Shown one piece after another: positions 51,029-60,859 of a DNA stretch of 64,000 bases; position 1 is the stretch's first letter; each line of letters begins with the position of its first letter. A program made the translations under genes and the position numbers. The notes beneath the pieces were generated by a model, which was given only the letters and a program-made list of their open reading frames with translations, made no database searches and was not told where the DNA came from. Origin of the DNA: Oscillospiraceae bacterium (GTDB lineage Bacteria; Bacillota; Clostridia; Oscillospirales; Ruminococcaceae); assembly GCA_022766785.1 (NCBI GenBank), contig JALEOL010000024.1, positions 14,153 through 78,152 on the forward strand, written 5' to 3'.

Positions 51029-51726
51029 ACATGACAGGTACTGAAGCTCTTTTGCGCTGCGGCGCAGCTTCGCTCCCGGTGAACGTTTCGGATATCGCGG
51101 CGCACTTCGGGATCAAGCTGGTCAGCTATAACGATTTCACGTCGGTTTATGATATCGACAAGGCGGAACTTTACCGCCGGGTCAGCTACGGTGGGTTCAG
51201 CCTTTTTGATGAAGGTATATATATCTGTGTCGTGAACAGCAGCCTGTGCGGAAAGCCCCGGAGAAAATGGACTGCCGCGCACGAAATAGGTCATATTCTC
51301 TGCGGACACATTTCCGGAAAGCTTATCCAACTGGATCCGGAAATGGAAAAACAGGCGGACGACTTCACAGCGGAGCTTCTTGCGCCGTTGACGGTGCTGC
51401 ACTTCTGCGGCGTTTCCTCCGCGGCGGAGATAAAGCGGCTGTGCGGTATCTCCGAGGAGGCTGCGGAATACCGCTTCCGGGAGCTTTCTGCGCTGCGCCG
51501 CCGGCAGGAGGATATCTTCCGCAGCGGTCTGAGGACGCAGCCGCTTTCCCCGGACGAAATACCGGAATACACCCAGCCCCATAGCGTGTTCCTGCAAAGG
51601 GAATGCGACCGGGAGCTGTTCATGCAGTTCTCGCCGTTCATCAGCAGCTATATCGCAAAGCGCGCTTCCCATGACGGGTATGAGCAGTATCTTTCCCGGA
51701 TATCTCATGAGCCTATGGCGATATAG
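51025..51726 (+). CDS. ImmA/IrrE family metallo-endopeptidase
   Basis: WTAAHEIGH (HExxH)...EKQADDFTAELLAP; start overlaps the XRE stop. Confidence 0.88.
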   Translation: MNMTGTEALLRCGAASLPVNVSDIAAHFGIKLVSYNDFTSVYDIDKAELYRRVSYGGFSLFDEGIYICVVNSSLCGKPRRKWTAAHEIGHILCGHISGKLIQLDPEMEKQADDFTAELLAPLTVLHFCGVSSAAEIKRLCGISEEAAEYRFRELSALRRRQEDIFRSGLRTQPLSPDEIPEYTQPHSVFLQRECDRELFMQFSPFISSYIAKRASHDGYEQYLSRISHEPMAI

Positions 51727-51783
51727 TTGACAATATCAGGCAGAGGTGATATACTGATTAATATACAGAAAGGAGTGGGAAAA

Positions 51784-52890
51784 ATGATTCCGGAAAACTA
51801 TTCCAGCGGAAAATACGCCGTGGGTACAGAGACGTTCACCCTCACAGACCACGGCAGGAAAGAGCTTCTCGGCGGAAAGGACGAACACCGCCGTATCCCG
51901 GTGAGGGTATATTATCCGGCTGACAGGGCTTCCACCGCAGGCATGGAGCGTGCGCGGATTTTCTCCGAGAGAAAAAAAGCTGCGCTGCAAAAGGCGTTCC
52001 ATATCCCGCAGATAAACGAGGAGATTAACGCCGCCGATTATTACGAGGGCGCTGCGCATGCGCCGGGAGAGAGATTTCCCGTGATACTGTTCAGCCACGG
52101 TTACAACAGCTATGTCGAGGCTGACACCTACCTTTGTATCGACCTTGCGTCCCATGGGTACATCGTGGCTTCGGTCGGTCACGCCTATGAAGCTGTTGAA
52201 AACGACTACGAGGACGGCAGCTTCGACCTGTTCGACAAGAACATCAACAAGATGATGTACACCAGCATGATAAAAGCTATTTTTTCCCAGATGAAGCTGC
52301 TGAAGAAAAAGCTCTCCCCTGAGGAAGCCTACGCCGCTTTCCGGGATTTCCAGGAAAAATACACCCCTTACATAAAGGGCAGGATACCGGAATGGCGCAG
52401 CGACAGCTTATGCGTACTGGCTGCGCTAAAGGAGCGGTACGGACAGTGGGCGGACTTCTCTGCTGGCGTGGGAGCCTCGGGACATTCTCTGGGCGGCGCT
52501 TCGGCATACGACCTTTGCCAGAACAGCGGCGAGGTTGTATGCGGAATAAACATCGACGGCGGTTTATTCGGGGAATATGACGGCATGACGATGACAAAGC
52601 CGTTTTTCCAGATATGCTGCAAGGAGAACTACAACGTCGAGACAAGACCGCTTCTTAATACCACAGCCCCGGTGCATTACGCGGTTTTCACCGGAATGAA
52701 GCACATCGGCTTCACCGACGCGAAGTTCTTTGTCAAAAACGCCATGCTGACCGGAAAAATGCCGCCCCGGACGATGTACCGCCACCTCTCCGATATTCAT
52801 ATCCGCTTCTTTGATAAGTATCTGAAAAAGCAAAACAACATCGAAATTCCAAACGGTGAAAAGGACGGAGTTACTTACACCACAAAATAA
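51784..52890 (+). CDS. Alpha/beta hydrolase (PAF-acetylhydrolase-like)
   Basis: FPVILFSHG, LASHGYIV, GHSLGG, INIDG, HIGFTD. Confidence 0.85.
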   Translation: MIPENYSSGKYAVGTETFTLTDHGRKELLGGKDEHRRIPVRVYYPADRASTAGMERARIFSERKKAALQKAFHIPQINEEINAADYYEGAAHAPGERFPVILFSHGYNSYVEADTYLCIDLASHGYIVASVGHAYEAVENDYEDGSFDLFDKNINKMMYTSMIKAIFSQMKLLKKKLSPEEAYAAFRDFQEKYTPYIKGRIPEWRSDSLCVLAALKERYGQWADFSAGVGASGHSLGGASAYDLCQNSGEVVCGINIDGGLFGEYDGMTMTKPFFQICCKENYNVETRPLLNTTAPVHYAVFTGMKHIGFTDAKFFVKNAMLTGKMPPRTMYRHLSDIHIRFFDKYLKKQNNIEIPNGEKDGVTYTTK

Positions 52891-52927
52891 AAACGCCGGT
52901 CTGAGGATAATTTCAGACCGGTATTTT

Positions 52928-54139
52928 TTACTGATCAAGCCGGAAGTGAACAGGGATACCGTTTCTGTACTCCAGCTGTGGTTCACCCTGTATAAGCGGC
53001 AGGAAGTAGTTCAGCGCGTCCACCGTAACGTTGTTGCCGGCTTCGTTTATCCACTCCCGGGGGAACTTCTTCTCCTTGTTCGCCACCTTGCCGATGTCAG
53101 CAGGGACGATCTCCACACGGTAGGGATTATTGCTGATCCTGCGGAACGACATCATAACTCCGCTCCTGCCGGCTTCCAGTGCGCATTTTACCGCTTCCCT
53201 GCCGATACGCTCCGCTTCCATGAGGTCGGTAAGCGAGGCGACATGGGAGCTGCACCTCTGCATGACATTCAGCTCAATGGAACGCACCTTGCAGCCGATA
53301 TTATCACGGGTGTACTGCTCCAGCCACTTGCCGATACCCGAAAGGTACCTGTGCCCGAACGCGTCCACCACCTCCGATGAATGGAAGCCGTCCCCGGGGG
53401 TTATCCCCTCGGATACCGCGACTATCACCGCCTTGTAGCGCTGCTGAGCCTGTTTCACGTCATCAAGGTACTTTTCCGGGGAGAACTCCCCCTCCGGCAG
53501 ATATATCATGTGCGGCGCAGGTTCACCGTTAGCCCTCAGTACGCAGGAGCTTGCGGCAAGCCAGCCGGCGTCCCTGCCCATTATCTCAACGATAGTCACG
53601 GAGGGTATGGAATACACGCGGCTGTCCCGGATTATCTCCTGCAAGGTCGCTGCGACATACTTCGCCGCCGAGCCGAAGCCAGGGGTGTGGTCGGTCTCGG
53701 TCACGTCGTTGTCTATCGTCTTGGGAACGCCCACTACCCTGATGCGGATATCCTTTGCGGTAAAATAGCTGTGCAGCTTCATCACCGTGTCCATGGAGTC
53801 GTTGCCGCCGATATAAAAGAACGCCCGGATATTGTGGCGGTTGAAAACCTCTGTTATACGCAGGTAGTCCGTCTCGTCCTCGCGCCAGTCTTTCAGCTTG
53901 AAGCGGCAGGATCCGAGTATCGTGGACGGCGTGGTCATGAGCAGCTGTTTGTCGTGCTCGTCCATGAGTATGCTCCGCAGATTGAGCAGCCTGTCCCCCA
54001 GTATTCCCTCAATGCCGTTCTCCGCGCCGTATATCTCATCGACCTCGCTGTTATTCTCCGCTCCGTTGAACACCCCTGTAAGGCTGGCGTTTATCGCGGC
54101 TGTAGGCCCACCGGACTGCGCCACTGCAATATTGAACAT
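52928..54139 (-). CDS. pfkA: 6-phosphofructokinase (PPi-dependent-type motifs)
   Basis: QSGGPTAAIN, GGNDSMD, PKTIDND, EIMGRDAGW. Confidence 0.9.
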   Translation of the reverse strand: MFNIAVAQSGGPTAAINASLTGVFNGAENNSEVDEIYGAENGIEGILGDRLLNLRSILMDEHDKQLLMTTPSTILGSCRFKLKDWREDETDYLRITEVFNRHNIRAFFYIGGNDSMDTVMKLHSYFTAKDIRIRVVGVPKTIDNDVTETDHTPGFGSAAKYVAATLQEIIRDSRVYSIPSVTIVEIMGRDAGWLAASSCVLRANGEPAPHMIYLPEGEFSPEKYLDDVKQAQQRYKAVIVAVSEGITPGDGFHSSEVVDAFGHRYLSGIGKWLEQYTRDNIGCKVRSIELNVMQRCSSHVASLTDLMEAERIGREAVKCALEAGRSGVMMSFRRISNNPYRVEIVPADIGKVANKEKKFPREWINEAGNNVTVDALNYFLPLIQGEPQLEYRNGIPVHFRLDQ

Positions 54140-54342
54140 TCTTTTGTCCTCCATAATTATCTGTATGGGAAAATCCTGATATAATTTTAGCATATAGTGA
54201 TATAATTTTCAATAGCCGTAATCAACAAAAAGCCATGAGCATATCACCATATCGCTGTGCAGATAAACGATTTTTCAGGAATACCTTTCCCACCCCGGGG
54301 TAATGTTATACAAAAAAGGACGACCGAAGCCGTCCTTTTATG

Positions 54343-54768
54343 CTACTTCAGCGAACCCTCGCCGCCCATGAGCCGGGTCAGCTCCTCTATCCTCTCGATA
54401 GGGAACGGCGGCTCGCACAGCGGTTTAAGGGCAATGCTCATCAGCTTCATGGGATTGTCGTCGGCTGCCACGCGGTTGCTTGACAACGCTCCGCATCGGC
54501 GGCACCGGTGTATCACCGCGCTCTCGCCGTTCTTCCTTACCCACAGCGCAACAGCGTCCATAATTCCGCCGCAGTCCGCCTGACGGTCGCACGGCGTAAT
54601 ATCCACATGCAGGCTGGTAAGACAGTTCGGGCAGTGGTTCCTGTGGGCGCTGCCGGCTCCCTGCGGCACTATCGTCCTTGCGCACACGCGGCAGGTGAAT
54701 ACCTCGTCGCAGGGGTGGGTCCTGTAATATCCCTTTTCATAGAGCTTTCGCTTGTTTTCACGGTTCAT
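54343..54768 (-). CDS. RNHCP domain protein
   Basis: FTCRVC...HRNHCPNCLTSLHVD...DCGG...HRCRRCG. Confidence 0.9.
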   Translation of the reverse strand: MNRENKRKLYEKGYYRTHPCDEVFTCRVCARTIVPQGAGSAHRNHCPNCLTSLHVDITPCDRQADCGGIMDAVALWVRKNGESAVIHRCRRCGALSSNRVAADDNPMKLMSIALKPLCEPPFPIERIEELTRLMGGEGSLK

Positions 54769-54889
54769 CGTGTTTCCTCCATACAGTATCCTAAGTTACC
54801 TCAGAAACCGGGAGGAATGCTGTCCGCAGACCTCCCGGTCAGCGAACAATCTCCTTTGTAAATTTAATCAAACAAATTATCCTTATTGA

Positions 54890-55465
54890 TCAGACATTTA
54901 CGCCGTAGCCGCGGCAGATCGCCTCAAGTCCTCCCTGATAGCCTGCGCCCACTGCGTTGAACTTCCACTCGCCGTTGTGGCGGTAAAGCTCCGCGATGAT
55001 AAGCGCGGTCTCAATGGAATAGTCCTCGGTGAGATCGTACCGGATAAGCTCTTCGTTGGTGTCGGGATTGTAGATCCTGATGAACGCATTGCGCACCTGA
55101 CCGAAGTTCTGGTTACGGGTCTCGGCGTCGTAGATAGTCGCAACGAACGAGATACGGGTGATGCTCTCCGGAACACGGCTGAGATCGATCCTGATCGTCT
55201 CATCGTCGCCCTCGCCTGCGCCGTCACGGTTGTCGCCGGTGTGCTCTACCGCCCCGGAGGGGTGGGTCATATTGCCATAGAAAATGAAATCGCTGTCGGA
55301 TGTCACCTTGCCGTTATCGCCCAGCAGGAACACCTCTGCGTCCAGGTCGAACGCCGTACCGCTGTCAAACGCGTTGACGTCCCAGCCAAGACCTGCATTG
55401 ATCTTTGTCAGACCGGGATTGCTCTTTGTAAGCTCCACTTTCTGACCCTTAACAAGATTAACCAT
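54890..55465 (-). CDS. terD: TerD family stress protein
   Basis: LVKGQKV, GLGWD, HTGDN.DGAGEGDDE, ELYRHNGEWKF. Confidence 0.92.
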   Translation of the reverse strand: MVNLVKGQKVELTKSNPGLTKINAGLGWDVNAFDSGTAFDLDAEVFLLGDNGKVTSDSDFIFYGNMTHPSGAVEHTGDNRDGAGEGDDETIRIDLSRVPESITRISFVATIYDAETRNQNFGQVRNAFIRIYNPDTNEELIRYDLTEDYSIETALIIAELYRHNGEWKFNAVGAGYQGGLEAICRGYGVNV

Positions 55466-55521
55466 AATAATACCTCTCTTTCAGAATTGAATATTTGTAA
55501 CGGAAAGATCCCGTAAACCAC

Positions 55522-56208
55522 TTATTCCACAGGCTTACCCTCACGGGCAAGTCTTTCGCGCTCCGCCTGGGGCAGTCTCAGATAGCTTGGCATGAGCGCC
55601 GCCGGGTCTATCGTCTCCCTGCCTTCCGCCGCAAGGCACACTCCGCTGCCGCGCTGATATCTCAGAGGATAAGGCGCAAGCTCGTACTTTTCTTCCATGA
55701 ATTTGTGCGCTAATTCCGCTCCGTCTCCGGCGAGAATTATCCTCCCGGACATGCCGGAAAGCTCCTGCGCAAGCTCCTCCAGGCGTATCGCGCGGTCGTC
55801 GCACAGCCGGGTGATAACTCCCCCCTCGCTGCTGAAAACCGCATTGTACACCTGACCGCAGCGCGCGTCCATGCAGGCGATTATCTTTCCGTCGATACCG
55901 GGGAAATTGTACGCCACAGCCTCCAGCGAGGAGACCGGAATGCACTGTTTTCCTGCGCCGAAGCACATTCCCTTTACGGTGGAAACGCCTATCCTAAGCC
56001 CGGTGAACGACCCCGGTCCCACAGTCACCGCCGCCGCGTCGATATCCCCAAGGCTGACGCCGGCGCACTTCATCATGCTCTCTATCATCGGCAGGAGCGT
56101 CTGTGAGTGGGTGTGCTTCGTGTTCAGAAACTGCTCGGCGATCACCCTGCCATTATCCATAAGCGCACACCCGGCGGTTATCGCAGAGCTGTCTATTCCT
56201 AAAATCAT
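55522..56208 (-). CDS. tsaB: tRNA t6A biosynthesis protein TsaB
   Basis: ILGIDSS, HSQTLLP, GPGSFTGLRIG, MDAR. Confidence 0.95.
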   Translation of the reverse strand: MILGIDSSAITAGCALMDNGRVIAEQFLNTKHTHSQTLLPMIESMMKCAGVSLGDIDAAAVTVGPGSFTGLRIGVSTVKGMCFGAGKQCIPVSSLEAVAYNFPGIDGKIIACMDARCGQVYNAVFSSEGGVITRLCDDRAIRLEELAQELSGMSGRIILAGDGAELAHKFMEEKYELAPYPLRYQRGSGVCLAAEGRETIDPAALMPSYLRLPQAERERLAREGKPVE

Positions 56209-56232
56209 CAGATCACTTCTTTTCGTTGTTGT

Positions 56233-56886
56233 TCAGATATACTCCCCGGTTTCCAGCTCGTTCCAATAGGGCTTCAAGCCCTTGCTCTCCATGTAGCCGG
56301 CAAAAACACGGGCATTATCCGCGCTTATCCTCGGTTCAGTCCATAGCGCCTCGCATTCCTCACATACGCTTATCTGCTCCCCGGTCTGCTTCACCACTGC
56401 ACGCATAAGTTCCGCGCCGCCGCACACCGGACAGATGATATGACCGCTCACCTTTATGCGCCGCTCGTTCTCGCCGGACTTCTCAATGCGTATCCTTAGT
56501 ATAGTCCGGGAGCTGTCGCCTGCCAGTTCCTGCTCCAGACCCCCGATATTCTCGCTCCATTCCGCGGCGATGATACCGCCCCGGTCGAGGTAGTCGAGAA
56601 ACCCTATCGCGTACAGATCGTCGTAGCTGTCTATGCGGTAAAGGTCGAAGTGGAACAGCGGCAGCCGCCCCTCGGTGTACTCGTTCACCAGGGCGAAGGT
56701 CGGGCTTGTCACCGTGTCGGTTATCCCCAGCGCCGCCGCCAGTCCCTTGGTGAATGTGGTCTTGCCGGCGCCCATGTCGCCCTCATACAGGATAATGTCC
56801 CCTGCCCTCAGCTGCGAAGCCACCTCGGCGGCTATTCGCGCGGTGTCCTCCGGGCTGTGGGAGGTGTATTCAGCGTATTCTTCCAT
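56233..56886 (-). CDS. tsaE: tRNA t6A ATPase TsaE with C-terminal zinc-ribbon extension
   Basis: GDMGAGKTTF, SPTF, HFDLYR; extra CPVC...CEEC domain. Confidence 0.93.
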   Translation of the reverse strand: MEEYAEYTSHSPEDTARIAAEVASQLRAGDIILYEGDMGAGKTTFTKGLAAALGITDTVTSPTFALVNEYTEGRLPLFHFDLYRIDSYDDLYAIGFLDYLDRGGIIAAEWSENIGGLEQELAGDSSRTILRIRIEKSGENERRIKVSGHIICPVCGGAELMRAVVKQTGEQISVCEECEALWTEPRISADNARVFAGYMESKGLKPYWNELETGEYI

Positions 56887-58556
56887 CAGAACAGACCGGT
56901 GATCTTTCCGTCCGCGTCAACGTCGATATTGTCTGCGGCAGGAACCTTTGGCAGACCCGGCATTACCATAACGTCGCCGGTGTAGACTACCACGAAGCCT
57001 GCGCCTGCGGACGCCCTGACGTCGCTTACCGTGATGTTGAAGTGCTCCGGCTTGCCCAGCTTTGCAGGGTCGTCAGAGAGAGAATACTGCGTCTTTGCCA
57101 CGCACACCGGAACTCTGTCAAGACCCAGCGCCTCGATCTCGGAGAGCGCCTTTGCCGCCTTAGAGGTGAACTCCACGCCGTCTGCGCGGTAGATCTCCTT
57201 TGCGATGATGTCCAGCTTCTCACGGACGGTGAGCTTCTCATCATACAGCGGTCTGTAATCGCTCTTTGTGCTCCCGATAGTCTCGACAACTGCATTGGCA
57301 AGCTCCACGCCGCCCTCGCCGCCCTTGAGGAACACATCGGAGAAAGCGACCTTTGCACCGTGCTTCTCGCAGTAATCCTTAACCACGGCAATTTCAGCGT
57401 CGGTATCGGTATAGAAATGGTTGATCGCAACGACAACCGGCACACCGAACTTCTTCAGGTTCTCGATGTGCACGCCGAGGTTCACGATGCCCTTTTCCAG
57501 AGCCTCAACATTTTCCTTGGTGAGGTCGGGCTTCGCAACGCCGCCGTTGTACTTCAGCGCACGGATAGTCGCAACCAGCACGGTGCAGTCCGGCTTTAAT
57601 CCGGCGATGCGGCACTTGATGTCGAAGAACTTCTCCGCGCCGAGGTCAGAGCCGAAGCCGGCTTCGGTGATGGTGTAATCGGCAAGCTTTAATGCGAGCT
57701 TTGTCGCTCTTACCGAGTTGCAGCCGTGGGCGATATTCGCGAACGGACCGCCGTGAATGAGCGCCGGATTTCCCTCCAGCGTCTGCACGAGGTTCGGGTT
57801 GACAGCGTCCTTTAACAGAGCGGTCATTGCGCCTACTGCCTTCAGATCACGGGCGAATACAGGCTCGCCGGAACAGGTGTACGCAACCAGGATATTGCCA
57901 AGGCGCTTCTTCAGGTCTTCAAGATCGGAGGAAAGGCAGAGTATCGCCATGATCTCGCTTGCAACGGTGATCTGGAAGTGATCCTCGCGGGGGATACCGT
58001 TCACCTTGCCGCCCATGCCGATAACGATGTTGCGAAGCGCCCTGTCGTTCATATCCAGTACGCGCTTGAACAGCACCCTGCGCACGTCTATACCCAGAGC
58101 GTTACCCTGCTGGATATGGTTATCCAGAAGTGCCGCAAGCAGATTGTTCGCCGCAGTGATAGCGTGCATATCCCCGGTAAAGTGCAGGTTGATGTCCTCC
58201 ATGGGCACTACCTGGGAATATCCGCCGCCTGCCGCGCCGCCCTTTACGCCAAACACCGGACCCAGGGACGGCTCACGCAGTGCGAGTATCGCCTTTCTGC
58301 CGGTACGGTTCATGGCTTCGCACAGACCTACGGAAGTGGTGGTCTTGCCTTCGCCTGCCGGGGTGGGATTTATGGCGGTGACAAGTATCAGCTTTCCGTC
58401 AGGCTTGTCCGCAAGTCTGTTGAACAGCTTCTGGGAGAGCTTCGCCTTGTAATGTCCGTAGGGTTCGATCTCCTCTTCCTCTATGCCGAGGTTCGCGGCG
58501 ATCTCGGTGATCTTCTTCATTTTTGCCTGCTGTGCAATTTCAATATCTGTAAGCAT
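56886..58556 (-). CDS. fhs: Formate-tetrahydrofolate ligase
   Basis: [34 protein letters not shown]. Confidence 0.97.
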   Translation of the reverse strand: MLTDIEIAQQAKMKKITEIAANLGIEEEEIEPYGHYKAKLSQKLFNRLADKPDGKLILVTAINPTPAGEGKTTTSVGLCEAMNRTGRKAILALREPSLGPVFGVKGGAAGGGYSQVVPMEDINLHFTGDMHAITAANNLLAALLDNHIQQGNALGIDVRRVLFKRVLDMNDRALRNIVIGMGGKVNGIPREDHFQITVASEIMAILCLSSDLEDLKKRLGNILVAYTCSGEPVFARDLKAVGAMTALLKDAVNPNLVQTLEGNPALIHGGPFANIAHGCNSVRATKLALKLADYTITEAGFGSDLGAEKFFDIKCRIAGLKPDCTVLVATIRALKYNGGVAKPDLTKENVEALEKGIVNLGVHIENLKKFGVPVVVAINHFYTDTDAEIAVVKDYCEKHGAKVAFSDVFLKGGEGGVELANAVVETIGSTKSDYRPLYDEKLTVREKLDIIAKEIYRADGVEFTSKAAKALSEIEALGLDRVPVCVAKTQYSLSDDPAKLGKPEHFNITVSDVRASAGAGFVVVYTGDVMVMPGLPKVPAADNIDVDADGKITGLF

Positions 58557-58571
58557 ATTTTTCCTCCGTTA

Positions 58572-60806
58572 TTACATCAGCGTGAGCTGAGTTATATCCT
58601 CGTCTGTTGCAGTTCCGGCTGACGGAATGCTCTTAATCCGCAGCGCCTCGATGTCCTTTACGCCGCTCTGCTCCGCAAGGTACGCCCCGGCAAGCTCCGC
58701 TTTTGTCAGGCGCATTACCTGCACGCCCTGGGTGTCTCTCGCCGCCTTGGGGAGAACCAGCGCCGTGTTGAACGCCAGCGCCTTGCCTGCGGTGGATCTG
58801 AGCACGAAGTCCGCTTCGCCCTTTATCAGGAATATCCCCACAAGCTCCGAAAGGTCGGAATACGCACCGGACAGCTTCTTGCGGCGCGTCTTTGTCTCAT
58901 AGCTGGAAAGCGGAACCTTTGCACACTTTCCGTTGCGGAAGAACATCACCAGCGTTTCGCTGTAGTCCTCCGTCACTGCCATGAAGCGAATGCTCTCGCC
59001 GTCGTCAAAGCCCAGCTTTGCCGGAATATAGTCGCCCATAACGCTCGCCTTTGTCTCGTCAAAGTCGGTGCAGCGTGACTTGTACACCTGGTGCCTGTCG
59101 GTGAAGAACAGCAGCTCCGCACCGCCGTTCACCTCGCCGGAATAAACGATCTCGTCGTTCTCCTTCAGCTTGTGCTGATTGCTCATTCTGAGGGACTGCG
59201 GCGTGATCTTCTTGAAATAGCCCTCCCGGGTGAGGAATATGTTCACCGGTCCCAGCTTCACCGGCTCCTCGACAGCCGCAGCGGTCTCCTCCACGTCATA
59301 GAGGAACATCGTGCGGCGCGGCTGACCGTACTTTTTTGAGATATCCCGAAGCTCGCCGATGATGATCTTGTTGACGCGGCTTTCATTGCCGAGGATATCC
59401 TCCATGTCCGCGATCTCGTTTTCAAGGTCGGCGGTCTCCTGGGTGCGTTTGAGGATATATTCACGGTTGATATGACGCAGCTTTATCTCCGCAACGAACT
59501 CCGCCTGAACCTCGTCAATGCCGAAGCCTATCATCAGGTTCGGAACGACCTCCGCTTCCTCGTCGGTCTCGCGAATGAGCTTTATCGCATAGTCGATATC
59601 CAGCAGTATCTTTTTCAGACCGTTGAGCAGGTGCAGCTTTTCTTTCTTCTTTTTCAGGTCGAAAGCCACCCGGCGCTTTACACACTCCCGGCGGAACGTT
59701 GTCCACTCGTTCAGTATCTCGTAAACGCCCATGACCCTCGGGGTGCCGTTTATCAGCACGTTGAAGTTGCAGTTGAAGTTGTCCTGCAGCGGGGTGAGCC
59801 TGAACAGCTTGTTCATCACCGCGTCCGGATCCTGACCTTTTTTCAGATCGAACGCAAGCCGCAGACCGGAAAGGTCGGTCTCGTCCCGGACGTCGGATAT
59901 CTCCTTCAGCTTGCCCTCCTTGACGAGATCAACCACCTTGTCGATTATCGCCTCGATGGTGGTGGAGGGAGGGATCTGCGTTACCTCGATACAACGCGCG
60001 TCCGGGTCGTAGTTATACACGGCTCTGACCTTGACTGCGCCCATTCCCGTGCGGTAGATCTTGTTCATCTCGGCTTCATCGTAGACGATATAGCCGCCGC
60101 CGGGGAAATCCGGGCCTTTCAGCGTGGAAAGCGCGTCGTGCTCCGGGTCTTTCATCAGCGCTATCGTAGTATCACATATCTCGCTGAGATTGAACGAACA
60201 GATGTTGCTCGCCATGGATACCGCCAGACCAAAGTTGCTGTTCACCAGCACCGCCGGGTATCTCACCGGGAAAAGGCTCGGCTCCAGCATGGTGTTGTCG
60301 TAGTTCGGCACCATGTCCACGGCGTCCTTGTCGATCTCGGCGAAAAGCTCGGCGCTTATCGGCTCCAGCTTCGCTTCGGTGTATCGGGAGGCGGCATACG
60401 CCATATCTCTGGAATACGCCTTTCCGAAGTTTCCCTTGCTGTCCACATAAGGGTGCAGCAGCGCTTCGTTCCCTCTCGCCAGACGAACCATTGTTTCATA
60501 GATAGCCGCGTCGCCGTGAGGGTTGAGCCGCATGGTCTGACCCACGATATTTGCGGACTTGGTGCGCCCTCCGGTCAGCAGTCCCATTTTGTACATGGTG
60601 TAAAGCAGCTTGCGGTGAGAGGGCTTGAAGCCGTCTATCTCAGGAAGCGCACGGCTGACGATAACGCTCATCGCGTAGGGCATGTAGTTCTCCTCCAGGG
60701 TGCTTACGATGTCCTTCTGCTCAACTATTCCGCTGCCCTCAATATAAGCCCCGGCAATCGACGACTCAAACCGCTTCGGCTGCTTTTTTGGTTCTTTTTT
60801 CTTCAA
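58572..60806 (-). CDS. parC: Type IIA topoisomerase subunit A (probably topoisomerase IV)
   Basis: DGFKPSHR, KSANIVG, PHGD, AASRYTE; short CTD without a clear GyrA box; not in a dnaA/recF context. Confidence 0.75.
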   Translation of the reverse strand: MKKKEPKKQPKRFESSIAGAYIEGSGIVEQKDIVSTLEENYMPYAMSVIVSRALPEIDGFKPSHRKLLYTMYKMGLLTGGRTKSANIVGQTMRLNPHGDAAIYETMVRLARGNEALLHPYVDSKGNFGKAYSRDMAYAASRYTEAKLEPISAELFAEIDKDAVDMVPNYDNTMLEPSLFPVRYPAVLVNSNFGLAVSMASNICSFNLSEICDTTIALMKDPEHDALSTLKGPDFPGGGYIVYDEAEMNKIYRTGMGAVKVRAVYNYDPDARCIEVTQIPPSTTIEAIIDKVVDLVKEGKLKEISDVRDETDLSGLRLAFDLKKGQDPDAVMNKLFRLTPLQDNFNCNFNVLINGTPRVMGVYEILNEWTTFRRECVKRRVAFDLKKKKEKLHLLNGLKKILLDIDYAIKLIRETDEEAEVVPNLMIGFGIDEVQAEFVAEIKLRHINREYILKRTQETADLENEIADMEDILGNESRVNKIIIGELRDISKKYGQPRRTMFLYDVEETAAAVEEPVKLGPVNIFLTREGYFKKITPQSLRMSNQHKLKENDEIVYSGEVNGGAELLFFTDRHQVYKSRCTDFDETKASVMGDYIPAKLGFDDGESIRFMAVTEDYSETLVMFFRNGKCAKVPLSSYETKTRRKKLSGAYSDLSELVGIFLIKGEADFVLRSTAGKALAFNTALVLPKAARDTQGVQVMRLTKAELAGAYLAEQSGVKDIEALRIKSIPSAGTATDEDITQLTLM

Positions 60807-60859
60807 AAGTAATTGCTCCTTAATATGCTGTCAATAATTCCGAATTTCGCATTCCGAAT

